64,000 nucleotides of DNA from Podarcis bocagei. Its lineage: Eukaryota. The stretch lies in NCBI GenBank assembly GCA_964188305.1, contig OZ076885.1; one strand, written 5' to 3'. Shown here in pieces: positions 47,951 through 60,260 of the stretch. Within the stretch, counting starts at the first letter, position 1, and every line of letters starts with the position of its first letter. The position numbers and the translations under genes are program-made. The notes beneath the pieces are model-generated. The model was not told the origin of the DNA. It did no database searches and saw only the letters and a program-made list of their open reading frames with translations.

Positions 47951-48086
47951 CAGGCATAGGCAAACTCGGCCCTCCAGCTATTTTGGGACTACAATTCCCA
48001 TCATTCCTGACCACTGATCCTGTTAGCTAGGGATGATGGGAGTTGTAGCCCCAAAACATCTGGAGGGCCAAGTTTGCCTATGCCTG
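47951..48086. mobile_element. hAT-superfamily MITE, 136 bp
   Basis: TIRs CAGGCATAGGCAAACT / AGTTTGCCTATGCCTG with a perfect 8-bp TSD ATGTAGGT (47943-50 and 48087-94). Nearly palindromic throughout. Confidence 0.93.
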
Positions 48087-48929
48087 ATGTAGGTGCTTAG
48101 AAATAGTTTTTCAATTAGAGGAAGTTGAAAGATACATTAACAGTAGCAGGGGTGGGGAGTGGGGGAAGAAATTTTAAGGTTTATGACTGGGGAAGCAATG
48201 ACTAATCTGAGACAAGAGTTGAATACTTTAATCATGTGAACAAGCCTTGTCCTACCTCATTGGAGCAAGCAGATCTTTGCCTGCACATGCAAAGGTGAGG
48301 AACAGTTCACATGAGAATGGGTCTGGTTCTGAAGCTGGCAGAGCTGGGTGAACTCATTGGAGCTACTGTGCTTAAGAAATAACTGGAGCTGGTGGGGATT
48401 TTCATTCAAGATGTCTTAACACCTCATAGATAGAGAGATTCATGTGTCCTTGAATAGACGTTTAGAAAGCAAATTACAAGTTTACTGGTTCCAGTGTTTT
48501 GTATGGGCTTGGACTTTTGTTGGGCTTGGACTGGGAAAATCTACTCAGTTATGAAGCTTGCTGGGTTCTTTAGTGACTCACTCACTCTCAGGGATAAGCT
48601 ATCATGGTGGAAGATAGGACCAGCAACAAAGTAAGTTGTTACTTCCATATCCCTCTCCCCTATCCACATGGTTTGCCTTGCTTCCCCTTTTGCAGTGCTA
48701 TGGTTTAGCAAGCAGGCAACATTTCTGCAGCTTGGGTTCCAACTACTAGTCTGTCCAGGTAGGAACTACTGTTCCCATAAATATTTTTCTGCACCACCAC
48801 CAGAAGGGATCATCCTGTTTGGCAAGAACAAAGGCTGGAGGCATAAAACGGCTGCAAGGAAACGTTATTTGTCCCTGTAAGTACATTCTGTTTGTATTTT
48901 AAAGGTTATACTATAAAATAAGTGTACAG

Positions 48930-49200
48930 ACCTGTCTTCTCACTAAGGTCACCTACAGAGGCCCTCCTGGTTGTTCCACATTCTGCAGAAGCTCATCTTC
49001 CCAACCAAAGAGGGTTTTTTGTGGTGCCCACTCTTTGGAATACTCACCCCCCCACACACACACACTGTTGTGCTGGCTACTGATATCAGTCATTTGTCAA
49101 ACTTTTTAAGTTGAATTTTGTACTGTCTGTTAATGGTGTTGGGATTATTTTTATTTTTATTTATTTTAATTGATTTATTGTAAACTGTCTTGATATATGT
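48930..49200 (+). mobile_element. Old L2 remnant
   Basis: cactaaggtca...gaggccctcctggttgttcc...agagggtttttt-gtggtgcccactctttggaa parallels the end of the L2 ORF at 46330-46450. Confidence 0.5.
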
Positions 49201-49604
49201 TTGTAATAGTCTCTGTGTGTGATACATACTGCTTTCAGCAGATGAAAGCATGGAGTCCCATTTAGATACCAAGTATTGATACTCTTCAATAAACAGAGGA
49301 ATTAATGATCAACCTCTGGATTAGGAGATTAGTATCTACAATGAATTGGCAGCATAATGAACTGATGAATTTGAGTTAAGTAAGAGTGAACATGCGACGA
49401 ATGTTTTCCTTTGGCTTTTTGTATTAGAAACATTAATTTGCGGCAGTAGAGTTCCTATAAATTTATTAGTCTTGGGGGAAAATCAATTAGAATGTATAGT
49501 CAGACAGTTAATTGGGGGTTTTTAATGACTAAGTTTTGTTTAGCTGATTGCTAAACATAGTTATGGTTTATTTAAATGCTGATTGTCTAAGTAATGGATT
49601 GAAA

Positions 49605-49668
49605 TGTGCCTCCAGTTGATTTAATGAAGTGTGGATTGTGCCTCCAGTTGATTTAATGAAGTGTGGAT
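49605..49668. repeat. Perfect 32-bp tandem duplication
   Basis: tgtgcctccagttgatttaatgaagtgtggat x2. Confidence 0.95.
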
Positions 49669-50615
49669 TGTTTAATTGACTAGCTTTTGTAGGAATTAAT
49701 AACTTTTTTCAATGGATTAAGGTATATTAATTTTGTATAGGGTTGTATCCAATGGTTACTTGGGCAGAAGGTCTCCTGTGCAACCAATCTTTCCCTTTCT
49801 TTTTGAAAAGTATCTGTCCAGGACAGTGTAGGTTGCTTTACTACCTTTTGTTTCTACAGGGGATAAGTGTCCCGTGTAGTCCTCCTTGGAATCAAAATTA
49901 TTCTCAGTGGTTATTTCAGACTTACATAAAATGACTTGGATTGCCCCTGCTTACCCTAGGACATTTTTTCTTCATGTCTTTTTATCATCATAACTTACTT
50001 TACATTTATTTCCTTACTTTGTATTTCAGACAGGGAATAATTTATCTCCTATCCCACAATAAACCTTAAGGGATAGTTGACAACTGTTCCAGAGGGCATC
50101 TCCCACCCCACCACATAGAGAGAGGCAAGTCTGTTTTCTACCATTTCTATAATTGGTAGTTTGGGGACTAATATCAGCTTCCATAGTAGTTCAATATTTT
50201 CATTATCTGAATATACTGGGAGCTGCATTTCTAGTAGCTACTGAAAATCATTTGGCTTTGTGATATCCAAATAAATGTGTGTCAAGGTGGTTTGTCAAGC
50301 ACACTCTCTGAAATGAAGGGACGGTTTCTAAACTTCATCCAGGGGAGGCAGGCTCTGCAGAAGGGAATGTCTTTTCTACTCCCCTGTGATGAAGTAATGT
50401 GGCCAGAACCCTAATCTTATTTAGCAAGTTTTGGATTCCATGGATAATGGGATTTTATGTCTACATCAAAAGTTGGAACCAACATGAGGACGTTGCCCAG
50501 AAGCTACTATTGATAAATTTCTTTCAGCACCTTTGCTTCAGCCACAGCTTTAAACTCCATTGTCATCTTATCTACTGCTGACAAACAACTCAGAAGCTTA
50601 GTAGGTTGTTTGAGT

Positions 50616-50621
50616 TTTATT
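50616..50621 (-). terminator. Candidate distal poly(A) signal of SEMA5B
   Basis: Minus-strand AATAAA with three UGUA motifs within ~40 nt upstream and GUUGUUUGU 27-35 nt downstream. Confidence 0.5.
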
Positions 50622-51782
50622 TCTTAATTCTTCTTTACATAGTACAATTTATAAAAATACAGAAGCCCAGCCCACCCCTAAAATTCACAGTGTCTAAAGG
50701 CAGTGGTTAACAGTATACATCACCTTTATTCTAACAGTACCATTGTGTTCAGTTGCATAGGAAGGGTATTATGCCTTTACAACAGAGTCTGATAATATTT
50801 TCTTTTCCTATTTTGCTTCACAAGGCATATACTCTGCTTGTTGTTGTGATAATAATTATCTCTATTTATATACTCAAGAACTGTCATTTATCTCCACTTC
50901 AGCTACAAAATAGAGTGGAGGTATCTCCCATCTTCATCTCCCATTTGTGTTTCCTCGTGCTTTACTTTTTAAAAATGAATTAGATTGGATTTCAAATATG
51001 CACACATTTGGATACTGGCTGAGAGTAGTTAGTTGTGCAGCTGACTTCCCTCTACATACTTTTATCTTTTCTGTACCTCAAGCCTTTATGGAATTCTTCC
51101 TGACCTCAGTGTAAACTTGCAACACATCCCTCCTACTAGCGACTCTGTTCCCCGCAATCAAGAATTGCTCTTCAGTAAACATGGTCTTATCTTTAAAAAC
51201 TTGCCCTTCAAATTACAAACGAAGGATCTATGTGTTCTTAAAGCTTCATCCTTAAGCGGAAGAGGGAGGTTGGAGAAAATGGTCTGTATTCACAATTGAA
51301 ACAAACGCTGGTGTGTCCAAGAGGTGCATGCCTATTTAAGACATCACATCTTTGGGCCCGGGAGATGGACTAGTGAGTAAACTGGGCTGGAATATTCTGC
51401 ACATGGTTAAAAGCACACTGTCTTTAGGTATTGCAGGGCTAAGCCATTGCACTGATAATGGTTTGAAATGATTCACCAGTGAGCCTTGGCTCAAATTAAG
51501 CCTCAGGGCTTTTTTCTGCTTTAGCGGTATAATAGCTCTGAACCCACTGCAAATAAATACAGGCTTATAGTGTAATATTAGGAAGCTGGTGTTTTTCAGG
51601 ACGTATTTATAGATGGTATTTTTCTTAAGACTAGAGAAACCCCTTAGAGGGAAATAGACCCATTAACCTTCCATATAATAAATATATGGGCAGGATGTGA
51701 TTATTTTAGTACAAGTGGAAGTATTTGGAAGCAAATATCACCACTGGTACAATGTGTCTGATACACAATATGTATGTTGGGA

Positions 51783-51908
51783 TAGCCTTGCCAAATTGGG
51801 TGCCCTGCCAGTGTGGTCAGCCAAAACACTCACAGTGGCCATGCTGGCTGAGATGGAAGGGAGTTGTGTCCTCCAAATAATAATGGTTCCAAGTTGGGTC
51901 CGGGCGAG
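51783..51908. mobile_element. Degenerate hAT-type MITE
   Basis: agccttgccaaattgggtgccc...tggccatgctggctgag...gggagttgtgtcc...caagttggg; related to the 47951 family pattern. Confidence 0.4.
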
Positions 51909-53009
51909 GTAACAAAGAAGCAGGAAAACAACTTTTATCGTATTGCAACCTAGGCTATTGAAACACTGATTCCATGTTGACAGTGCGAGTGCCTTGCCAC
52001 AAAAGCTAGCCAATTCTAAATAGCTGTATTCAAATAAATGAGGTTTACTTTCCTGATCCAGAGACCCCACAGCAAAAGATGCACAAAATCTACTATCTTA
52101 CCTGTGCAAGAATGGTGTTCCACGTGGAGTTTCAGTTTCAGGCAAATGTGCTTAGGAGCCAGACATACAGCTGCTAATTTAGAATGCATTGTTTCCTGGA
52201 AAGTACATCTGGCATAAATAGCAGAGATCACCCCAAAGGAATCTCACTTTGGCAGGTTTCTAGAATTTGTCCAGCTCTTTAAATGCTGTTAAAATTCCTG
52301 GATGTTTCTCCAGAAAATAGCTTGAGGTATCACCTGAATAGTTCAACTTAGAGATGACTCAAGGGTAAACTAGATGGGGCTGGTGTGTTTTTGTGGGAAC
52401 GGGGCTTTTACTCTTCCTGTAGTTTGGATCAAAATTGCACCTGTTACTTCCAGTGGGATGCAAGTTCTCTCTTGCACCAATGGGAGTTTTCTTCCCACTG
52501 GGAATAACTGACAACCAATTCAAGAGGGATAGTTTTAACATGAGATATTAAAAATAGTCTTGTGAGAGCTTAAAATTAAATTTTATTGTGTGAATAGGCT
52601 ACTGTGCACTACAGCCTATTTTGTAGCTTGAGGACATTTCATATCTCTTAAAAAATCAGGAAGGTAACTTGAGTACCATTTATACCAGTCCCTCTCTCTA
52701 CAGCCACTAATATATGTAGCTTTTTCTCTTTTCTTTCTGCCTCTCAACTCATTTTCAGCAAGTACAAAATGAAGTCCTGCAAAAAGAAATAGGGATGGCT
52801 AAATTTGGGATGTGCTGAATACTGAAAGTAAAGTTGGATGTGCCCAACAACCGCAAGGTCAGAAGTCACCCATTTTTTCTTATAGCCCCTTAACACCATT
52901 ACATTCAACCTGGAATAGTAGCCTGGAAGGAGAAAGAGTATTTATTTACCTGTAGAAGAGCATCTACAATACCACCTAACCAAGTTGAAAGCAATTGATT
53001 TTTGCAGTA

Positions 53010-53200
53010 CAGTAAACCTGCAACTTGTGTGGAGGTTACAGTCTGGGGATCGTGCCTGAAGCCAAAACCACATATACTCAAAACACATTGGGTTCAATGG
53101 TGGATGGGATGGTTAAAGTCATTTTCCCCAGAACCCTGCTCCCTTTCTAATTTCTTCCCTCAGGCATATATGTGCAAAAGTTAAAGTTGCAGGCTTACTG
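53010..53200. mobile_element. Tc1/mariner (Tigger-like) MITE, 191 bp
   Basis: TIRs CAGTAAACCTGCAACTT / AAGTTGCAGGCTTACTG (1 mismatch) with TA on both sides. Confidence 0.75.
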
Positions 53201-54322
53201 TAATACATAAATGAAACTGGAACTCAAGGAGCCCAGCTCATATAATCATCATTATTATTATTCCTACTTACAGCTTAGTTTTTCCTTACACACACCTCTA
53301 TTGATAATTAAAAACAATAGGACCAATATACTAAGTCAATTTGGACTGTTTATTCATAAAGTATGAGCAAATACAAACATTGTTTACTTTGCCATTCTTA
53401 ACAGGAATGGATTTTTTGTGGGCTGGGAAGATGAACAGTTCTAGCTACAAAAGTCAACTCCTCAATTTTAACTGAACAACAAAATTCATTCATCTATGAA
53501 AAGTTTTTGTTATTTTCTTTCGGGTTCCCCTTTGAAACCTATCCTCAAGTCCAAGTGCTGCTTTTATTATTCTAAATTTATTTTTAGACCATTCTGCAGT
53601 ACATATACCATTTGTATGTGTTATAAATATATTCAATGCACAGGATTTGAATAAGGGGACTTTATGATGAACTTTACATTTTTATTTTGCTTGTGTAATA
53701 AAGTCCCACATTTGGTGTCACTAAATGGACCGAGTTAATTAGTTTGATTGCTGGATATAATCTTTTCTTAACATTAGATTTTGTAATGCTAGAATGGGGG
53801 AGCAATCCTAAATTATACCCCCGCCCTGCAAAGGGATTCAAATCATACCCACTTCCTACACAGATCTTCATCTAAGTTCATTCTCTAAAATAAAAAAAAT
53901 AAGGCAGCAGGTACACATGTATAACTCATGTCCTAGGTGAGCTACTGCAAGAGATGAATAAACACTCAAATCACCTTCTTTCCAATGCCATTATCTCATT
54001 ATTCTTCAAAGGTTTACTTTTAACATAAAGAAGGTTCTCCCCCTTCTCTATTAGAATGTGCATATTATTGAAGAGCAGGGTGTTCTTAACTAGCTTTGCA
54101 ACAATAAAGTCAATGTATATTTGTTAAAATATAAATCCTCATCGTAAACCAAAAGGGCAGATTCAATTGCTGCACTACTAGTTTGGCAGAAGTGGCAAAA
54201 CATCATCAGGTTCAAGAAACTGCATCACAACTGGTGCTGCCAGAAAGAGAAGGCAAATCTGTGTAGGGCTCCTATATAGTATGGTGATTAAGCTTTGCTG
54301 CTTTATCAGTCTAAACATTCTC

Positions 54323-54353
54323 TGTAGTCACATTATGGCAGTAGAGGGCACTG
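54323..54353 (+). promoter_or_regulatory. Candidate CTCF binding site with upstream module
   Basis: TGTAGTCAC-attat-GGCAGTAGAGGGCACTG resembles the core CCASYAGRKGGCRS plus the upstream TGCAGT-like motif at canonical spacing. Confidence 0.55.
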
Positions 54354-57300
54354 GGATAAGCAGCAGGAAAGATGAGCAAATGTTACTCACTTAGATCAAC
54401 TCTTGTACTCTCTACACACTGGACTTGCCAAAGTCTGGCACACCTTCTATGATGTGTGCAGCTCCCTTGCTAGCAAGATTTAGCCACATTCGTTTTAACA
54501 ATTTCCAGCAGCAGCAGCTCCACAGCTATGAAACGATAGATATGTCTTCTGCCCCTTTTCTGAGAGGGAGAGTTCTATGGCAGCTTGTAAGAAACTGCTG
54601 TATCAGAATGCATAAGAGCAGTGCAACTGTAGTGCTCATAGTTCTTTCCTGCAAAAAGCTATTATTATTTTTTTCAAAAAGAGACAAAACACAAGGGTGA
54701 TAGTTCCTCACATTTGAGTAACCACAGGTTATGATTCTGAAATCAAAAGCTAACAACATCTTCCTACCCAAATACGAAAAGCCATTTTCTTCCCTGCACC
54801 CGGAGAAAGTGAAGAGTTAGGACAACCTCCAAAATACGATTTGTAAAATAGGATTTGTAGTTGCTATTATTCAAACCTCCGTTCTAAAAGAATCTTAACC
54901 TGCTGTGTCCTTTGCTCTCTGTCCCACTCCCTGGGTTCAACATATCCCTCTCAAAATGAAAGCCCTAGTTTCAAATCTGTTCAAATGAATCTTGTAGATG
55001 TTGCCTAAGCTTATAAAGGTGGTTTAAAAAAAAGTAAAACAAAAAGTGGATGAGAGATCCTTTGTAGCACTTGATCGTACAGAATTTGGGCACAGTCCTC
55101 ACAGCATCTCTGGGGTTGCATGCAATTTGATAACACTTTAATGGCTGCCTCCTGCTACATAGAACTGGTTTAGGAAATCCCATGAGTCTCAAAAGAAACT
55201 TGCTGTGCAAAGTGCCCCACTAGATGTAAGAGAGCTGGGTCTCTTCCCCATGGCAAAAATGCATTGCTCCTCTGAAGGATATTCTCAAACATTTGTATAT
55301 TCAGTTTCCACATCAAACACTGGGAGGGGGCTTTGTTTCCTTGCTGACTAAGCCCTGCTGTCAAAAGCAACACTGTCAAACCAAATACATTTCCAGTGTG
55401 TACTACAACATCCATTATGACAACCCCAAGTGTAATAAATACCAGGTGTTTAGAAAACCCCTAAGAGAATCAGACCGCTCTACTGTGGACATTATCAGCT
55501 GGGTGCCTGAAACACTAAATTAACTTAGGATGCAAGAATGTCACTATGCCCTATGTCATTAACCTGCCATGTGATAAGAAACTGCTCTTATTTTGCATTA
55601 GATGTTGCCCCTAAAGAATTGTACTGCCATGCAAACATTAATGGAATGTTAAAAAGCTCAGATGTTCTTTTCCACCCATTCACCCTACTTTCTGTTGAAA
55701 TGGCATCTGCACACCCACGTTGCAATTGCCATTCATATTTTTGAAAGGGTGTCATTCTTCACATTCAGATGCCTGGGAAGAATGAATTTGGAATATCCTA
55801 ACTAAAAATATCCCTCCCCTAGCCTGCCCTGATTTCTGGCATTTGGAGAAAGAAAGATATGCTGCATAACCAGAATGGGAAAATATTCTATGTAATAAAA
55901 TAAATTCTAGTCTTTATCTAACTGAAAAATAGATCCGGCTTATTTTATGGCAAAAAAAGAGTGAACGAAAGGTTTAATTCATTTGCATATATACCTTTTT
56001 AAGAACTGTTGCAAAATAAATTACAATTTTGCAGCACCCTCTGAAACTGTGACACTGATCCAGCCATTTCTTACACAATAAAGAGGCTCAGATGGAGCTC
56101 AATTACGAGCAAGTGTCCCAATCATTTCGGTGGAAAACACAGATCTGCATGTGCAGCAGCTTTCTTTTGTCAGGTGAATGGGATGTTCTGCACTCAAAAG
56201 AGCCTCATGTGTGCAACAGAAACCCCAGAAGAGTCTGGATTAGAGTCTGTAGAAATTTGATCAAGTTCTCAGTCATGGGCACATGGAAGCAAACAGCAAA
56301 AACCAAAACAAAACCCCAGCAGGTTGCATATCTAAATCCCAAAAAAATTCTACAGCCCATGCATCCATCCAGACTACTGCAGCCACTGATACCATTCACA
56401 ATTTAGGCACCAATGTTTTATGATATGTGGTTGCATAAGGTAACATCAGGTGTTGGCATCAGCACTGGATTGCTCTTCCTATTCAAACTAGCCATTTTGC
56501 ATCATGAACACAGAGCCACTGACCGGTTTGCATGTCTTGCCTGTGTTAATGGTCTCGACTGTGCCATCATTCAGATTATATGTCCAAAATGTGTTTTAAA
56601 GGTGGCAACAGTAATGAGCACAGGTCTGGCTGCCAGACAGTGAACCTAAATCTAAAACAAATGGCTTGGACAAATGTCAAGCCAGCAACTGCAAATAGAT
56701 ATGGTCATTGCTGAAAGAAGATATGGAGGAGAATCCCCAAGCTCTGGAATTGTTCATCATTCATGCCGGGACTCTTATTACATGCTCTGCATTGTGGCAG
56801 TCTCCATCTCTTAGCACCAGGAGTTATGCTGAACAACAATGGCAAACTCGCTCACGTTGCCAGACACACTGGGAATGTCCATTAAAGCGTGGTGTGCATT
56901 GGCTAGACATGAATGTCAGACAATCACCTGTCCAAAGACGACATGGCTTCTGCACTGGTCTAACACAATCACACATATACAAAGAATAACATTCAAAACT
57001 GGACTGGATTATTATTATTTGAAAAGGCTACAGACCCCATTTTTTACCTTTACCGAAGCAGAATTACTTTTTCTTCTTCTTGCTCAGACACAGAAGGATA
57101 CTGTCAACTGATGGTGCACATTGTACTCCCCTGGAGAAGTACTAGCTGGAAGACACTGAAGGAATCTGCAGTAGGCTTTATGGGTTAGACTATGCTATGA
57201 AGACTTTCTTCAGAGACAAACTGAACTCAAAACATTTTTTTCCCAAGTGAATAAAAAATTATAAAAAATAAAATCAGCATTAGCACAAAGCTTGGTGATT

Positions 57301-58175
57301 TCAACAAGGACAGCAAGGCCATCAATCTAGCAGCTCCTTAAGAGACTACCACAATCAAAGTTAAAAGAAAATAGTTGCCCCACCCCTTCCAAAATCAAGA
57401 TATTCCATGGCTCTTGTTCCACTCATCATATTTTCCCCAGTGGGATAAATTCTCTTCTACCCAGAGCCCATGCTTCAAGCACCCAAACCTATACTTCAGG
57501 TAATGTCATCCTACATTTCCCTCAAAACTATGGCTGGAAATGTTTCAAAATACTAGTTTTTGCGTGAAGTACCTTATCTTTGTTCTGTTTATCTCACTAG
57601 ACTTTTTTCCATTGAAGGCTGCATATTATTTCAACGTGTCGCAGGAAATGGTGATGACACACTGATCAACCCCCAAACCTAAACACCAGAATCTTGAGCA
57701 CAATGTTTGATAAGGCTTCTCTTGTGGATGACATTCATACTACCATTAACCTGTAGGCTTATGAAGGACGCATCTCAGCGCATTGAAGGCATTTGTCTCC
57801 CATGTCCACTGAGTTTCTGAAGCGGTGCTGGGTAGCCAAGTACCATTCCACACAAAGTTAGCACATAATGGTTGGTTCTTGGACTGTCATGGCATCAGAC
57901 ACAAAGGCATCTCCAGCCATAAATATCCATAGCAGTATGCGATGTCTCTAGCTGAGGACTCCTCAAAAAATCTTAGGCAAGATGGTCCATTGTCCATAAG
58001 CAGTGGGTCCACTTAAGGAGATGTACTACTCAAAAGTAAGACCACTGATAAAAAAGAAAATAAAAGGCCCACTGTATAATATTTACATCTAGAGACTGGG
58101 CCAATATTTGGTCCATAAACTCAATTTAAAAAATAAAAATCATAAAGGAAGCGATCCAGTTCTTGGTGTCCATCA

Positions 58176-58331
58176 TCAGCTGTTGGTAAAGGTCCTTCCA
58201 GGGGAGGCCTCAGGCCTGTAGTCATACTTATTCAGTGTACTGGGGTAATAGGTGGTTGTGTACACATTTGTTTGCTGCAAAGGATAGAAGTTGGTCCTGT
58301 CATCTGGTATTAAATTGTTCTTGTTAAGTGT
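58176..58331 (-). CDS. SEMA5B: Semaphorin-5B terminal coding exon (cytoplasmic tail)
   Basis: Minus-strand acceptor ttttccccccc-acag|ACA. Encodes TLNKNNLIPDDRTNFYPLQQTNVYTTTYYPSTLNKYDYRPEASPGRTFTNS*, matching the SEMA5B C-terminus. The upstream exon was not found in 58332-64000. Confidence 0.95.
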   Translation of the reverse strand, partial: TLNKNNLIPDDRTNFYPLQQTNVYTTTYYPSTLNKYDYRPEASPGRTFTNS

Positions 58332-60090
58332 CTGTGGGGGGGAAAACAGAGAAATTTATAGAAACATTATTTTCCCTCCCTTGTCCAAAAAGCTCACATA
58401 TTCCATTTTCTAACACAATTTTATATTAGTACCTTCCCTCTTCTAAGGTGTCGTCTTAAGTATTTTGTAGCTCTCTACAGAGACCTTTCTGTGGATAGGG
58501 CCACAACTCCTCCTGGCTTGCCACTGTTTTGGGCAATCTGAGCCAAGCCACTACTACAAACTAAGATCTATGGGTTTCTCCAGATTTGCAGACATGGCTT
58601 TCCCATATTGGTGACATGATGTTTGATGGTCGTCACCACCATCTCCATCACCCGACACTGTGCAACTGAGGCTGGGGTCCCGTCTACATGTTTCACTCCA
58701 GCTCCCTCCCAAGAGTAAACCAAAAGGGCATTTCTCTTTTGCTTTGGAAGAGCAGGTGCACATTTACCTGATCTCCATCTCCACTGGTAGATATCCAGGT
58801 TTGGACCCCCCGATATTAAGTGTGTCACTTCTGTAAGCTACAGTGTAAGTAACAAGGCATGGTCACATTTGAGGGGAAAAGGATGGCTGAAGAAAATTAA
58901 CAACCAACAAAGTTACAAGTAGTTGTCAACAGCATGGAGAAAAAATGGAGGTGGGATGTAGGTGTCATTTTAATTACTGATGCTTAAATAAGGGATTTCT
59001 TATTCTCCCCCCCCCCTTCCTTTGCTGGGCATTTATTTATTAATTCCTTTCAATGGCACCACCAAAAGCTGATGTAAAAATTCACTGTCATTTCAACACA
59101 CTCTTTATCTTTTTCTAGCTCATGTTTAATCTATCTGCTGGACAGATATATTTTTCTGTGCCCGGAAAAAGAAGTCTGTCACGTTTGAACACATTCAGAA
59201 AAAGAAACAGTGAAAAACAGCATCTTTGCAAAGGATTAAAAATATATAATTCCATAATCTTGATGTGGCTATTACAAATGAAACAGACAGTATCTTGCCC
59301 TCTTCTGACCTCAAATGTAGCTCTCGGTGATCTCTTAACCAGGTCACTGACCTAGTCAAAAACCACTTGAGCGCCAGCAAATCTATAGCATCAGGTACAA
59401 TTATCTTTCCTTATAAAGCACCCCGTCACACAAGAACAGGGGTGGGCAGATTTCGTGGTTGCAGGAGTGACTTTGTGTTTTACTAGAACCCATGAACCGG
59501 AGCCAGCTGCAGAGGACGCATGTAGAATTGAGGAATTCTGAGCCCAAGGCATTTGTTTTGCCAGCACTGAAAGTTCTTCACAAAGGTTTATTCCTGATGG
59601 CAAGCCCGCCACAACCACCTGCAACAATGACACTCCTCCTTTCTTCATTTCAAGAGTATCATTTAGGAAGGGAGTTAATTTGGTTATTAAAGAACAACAG
59701 AAATTGGTGATCTTGAAATCACCCAGATCTACCAGTAGATACAGATCTACCTTCTGCCCACTGCTACACCAGACACAATGAAGCTTTTAGACAGATGGAA
59801 AGTGGGTTAAACCCAAAAGTGCGTTTCTGTGTGTGAATGAGTCTTCTATGCATGGAAGGGCTGTTTTACACATTGATCTCAAGTGTTCCACAATAAAACT
59901 GCACAGTCAGATGCATACGGATTGCCTCCAAATCTCCACAATATACAATAGAGACTATCATTCACTCAGCAGCCATGTGCTTGCATGATACTGACTGAGC
60001 ATCCTACTCTTCCACTTCCATCCCTGCCACCTAAAGACCTTGCAAGCTACCTCACTGGTCATAACAACATCTACTGTATTTTTCTGTGTA

Positions 60091-60260
60091 GTCAGTGGAG
60101 CGGACTCCCTCAGGTGGTTGTGGACTCTCCTTTATTGGAGGTTTTTAAGCAGAGGTTGGATGGCCATCTGTCTTGGATGCTTTAGTTGAGATTCCCGCAT
60201 TGAAAGGGGGTTGGACTAGGTGACTCCCAGGATCCTTTCCAACTCTACAATTCTATGATT
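60091..60260 (+). mobile_element. CR1 LINE 3' fragment in the last SEMA5B intron
   Basis: ggaggtttttaagcagaggttggatggccatctgtc...ggggttggactagg...ttccaactctacaattctatgatt; same subfamily as 22555-22805. Confidence 0.88.
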
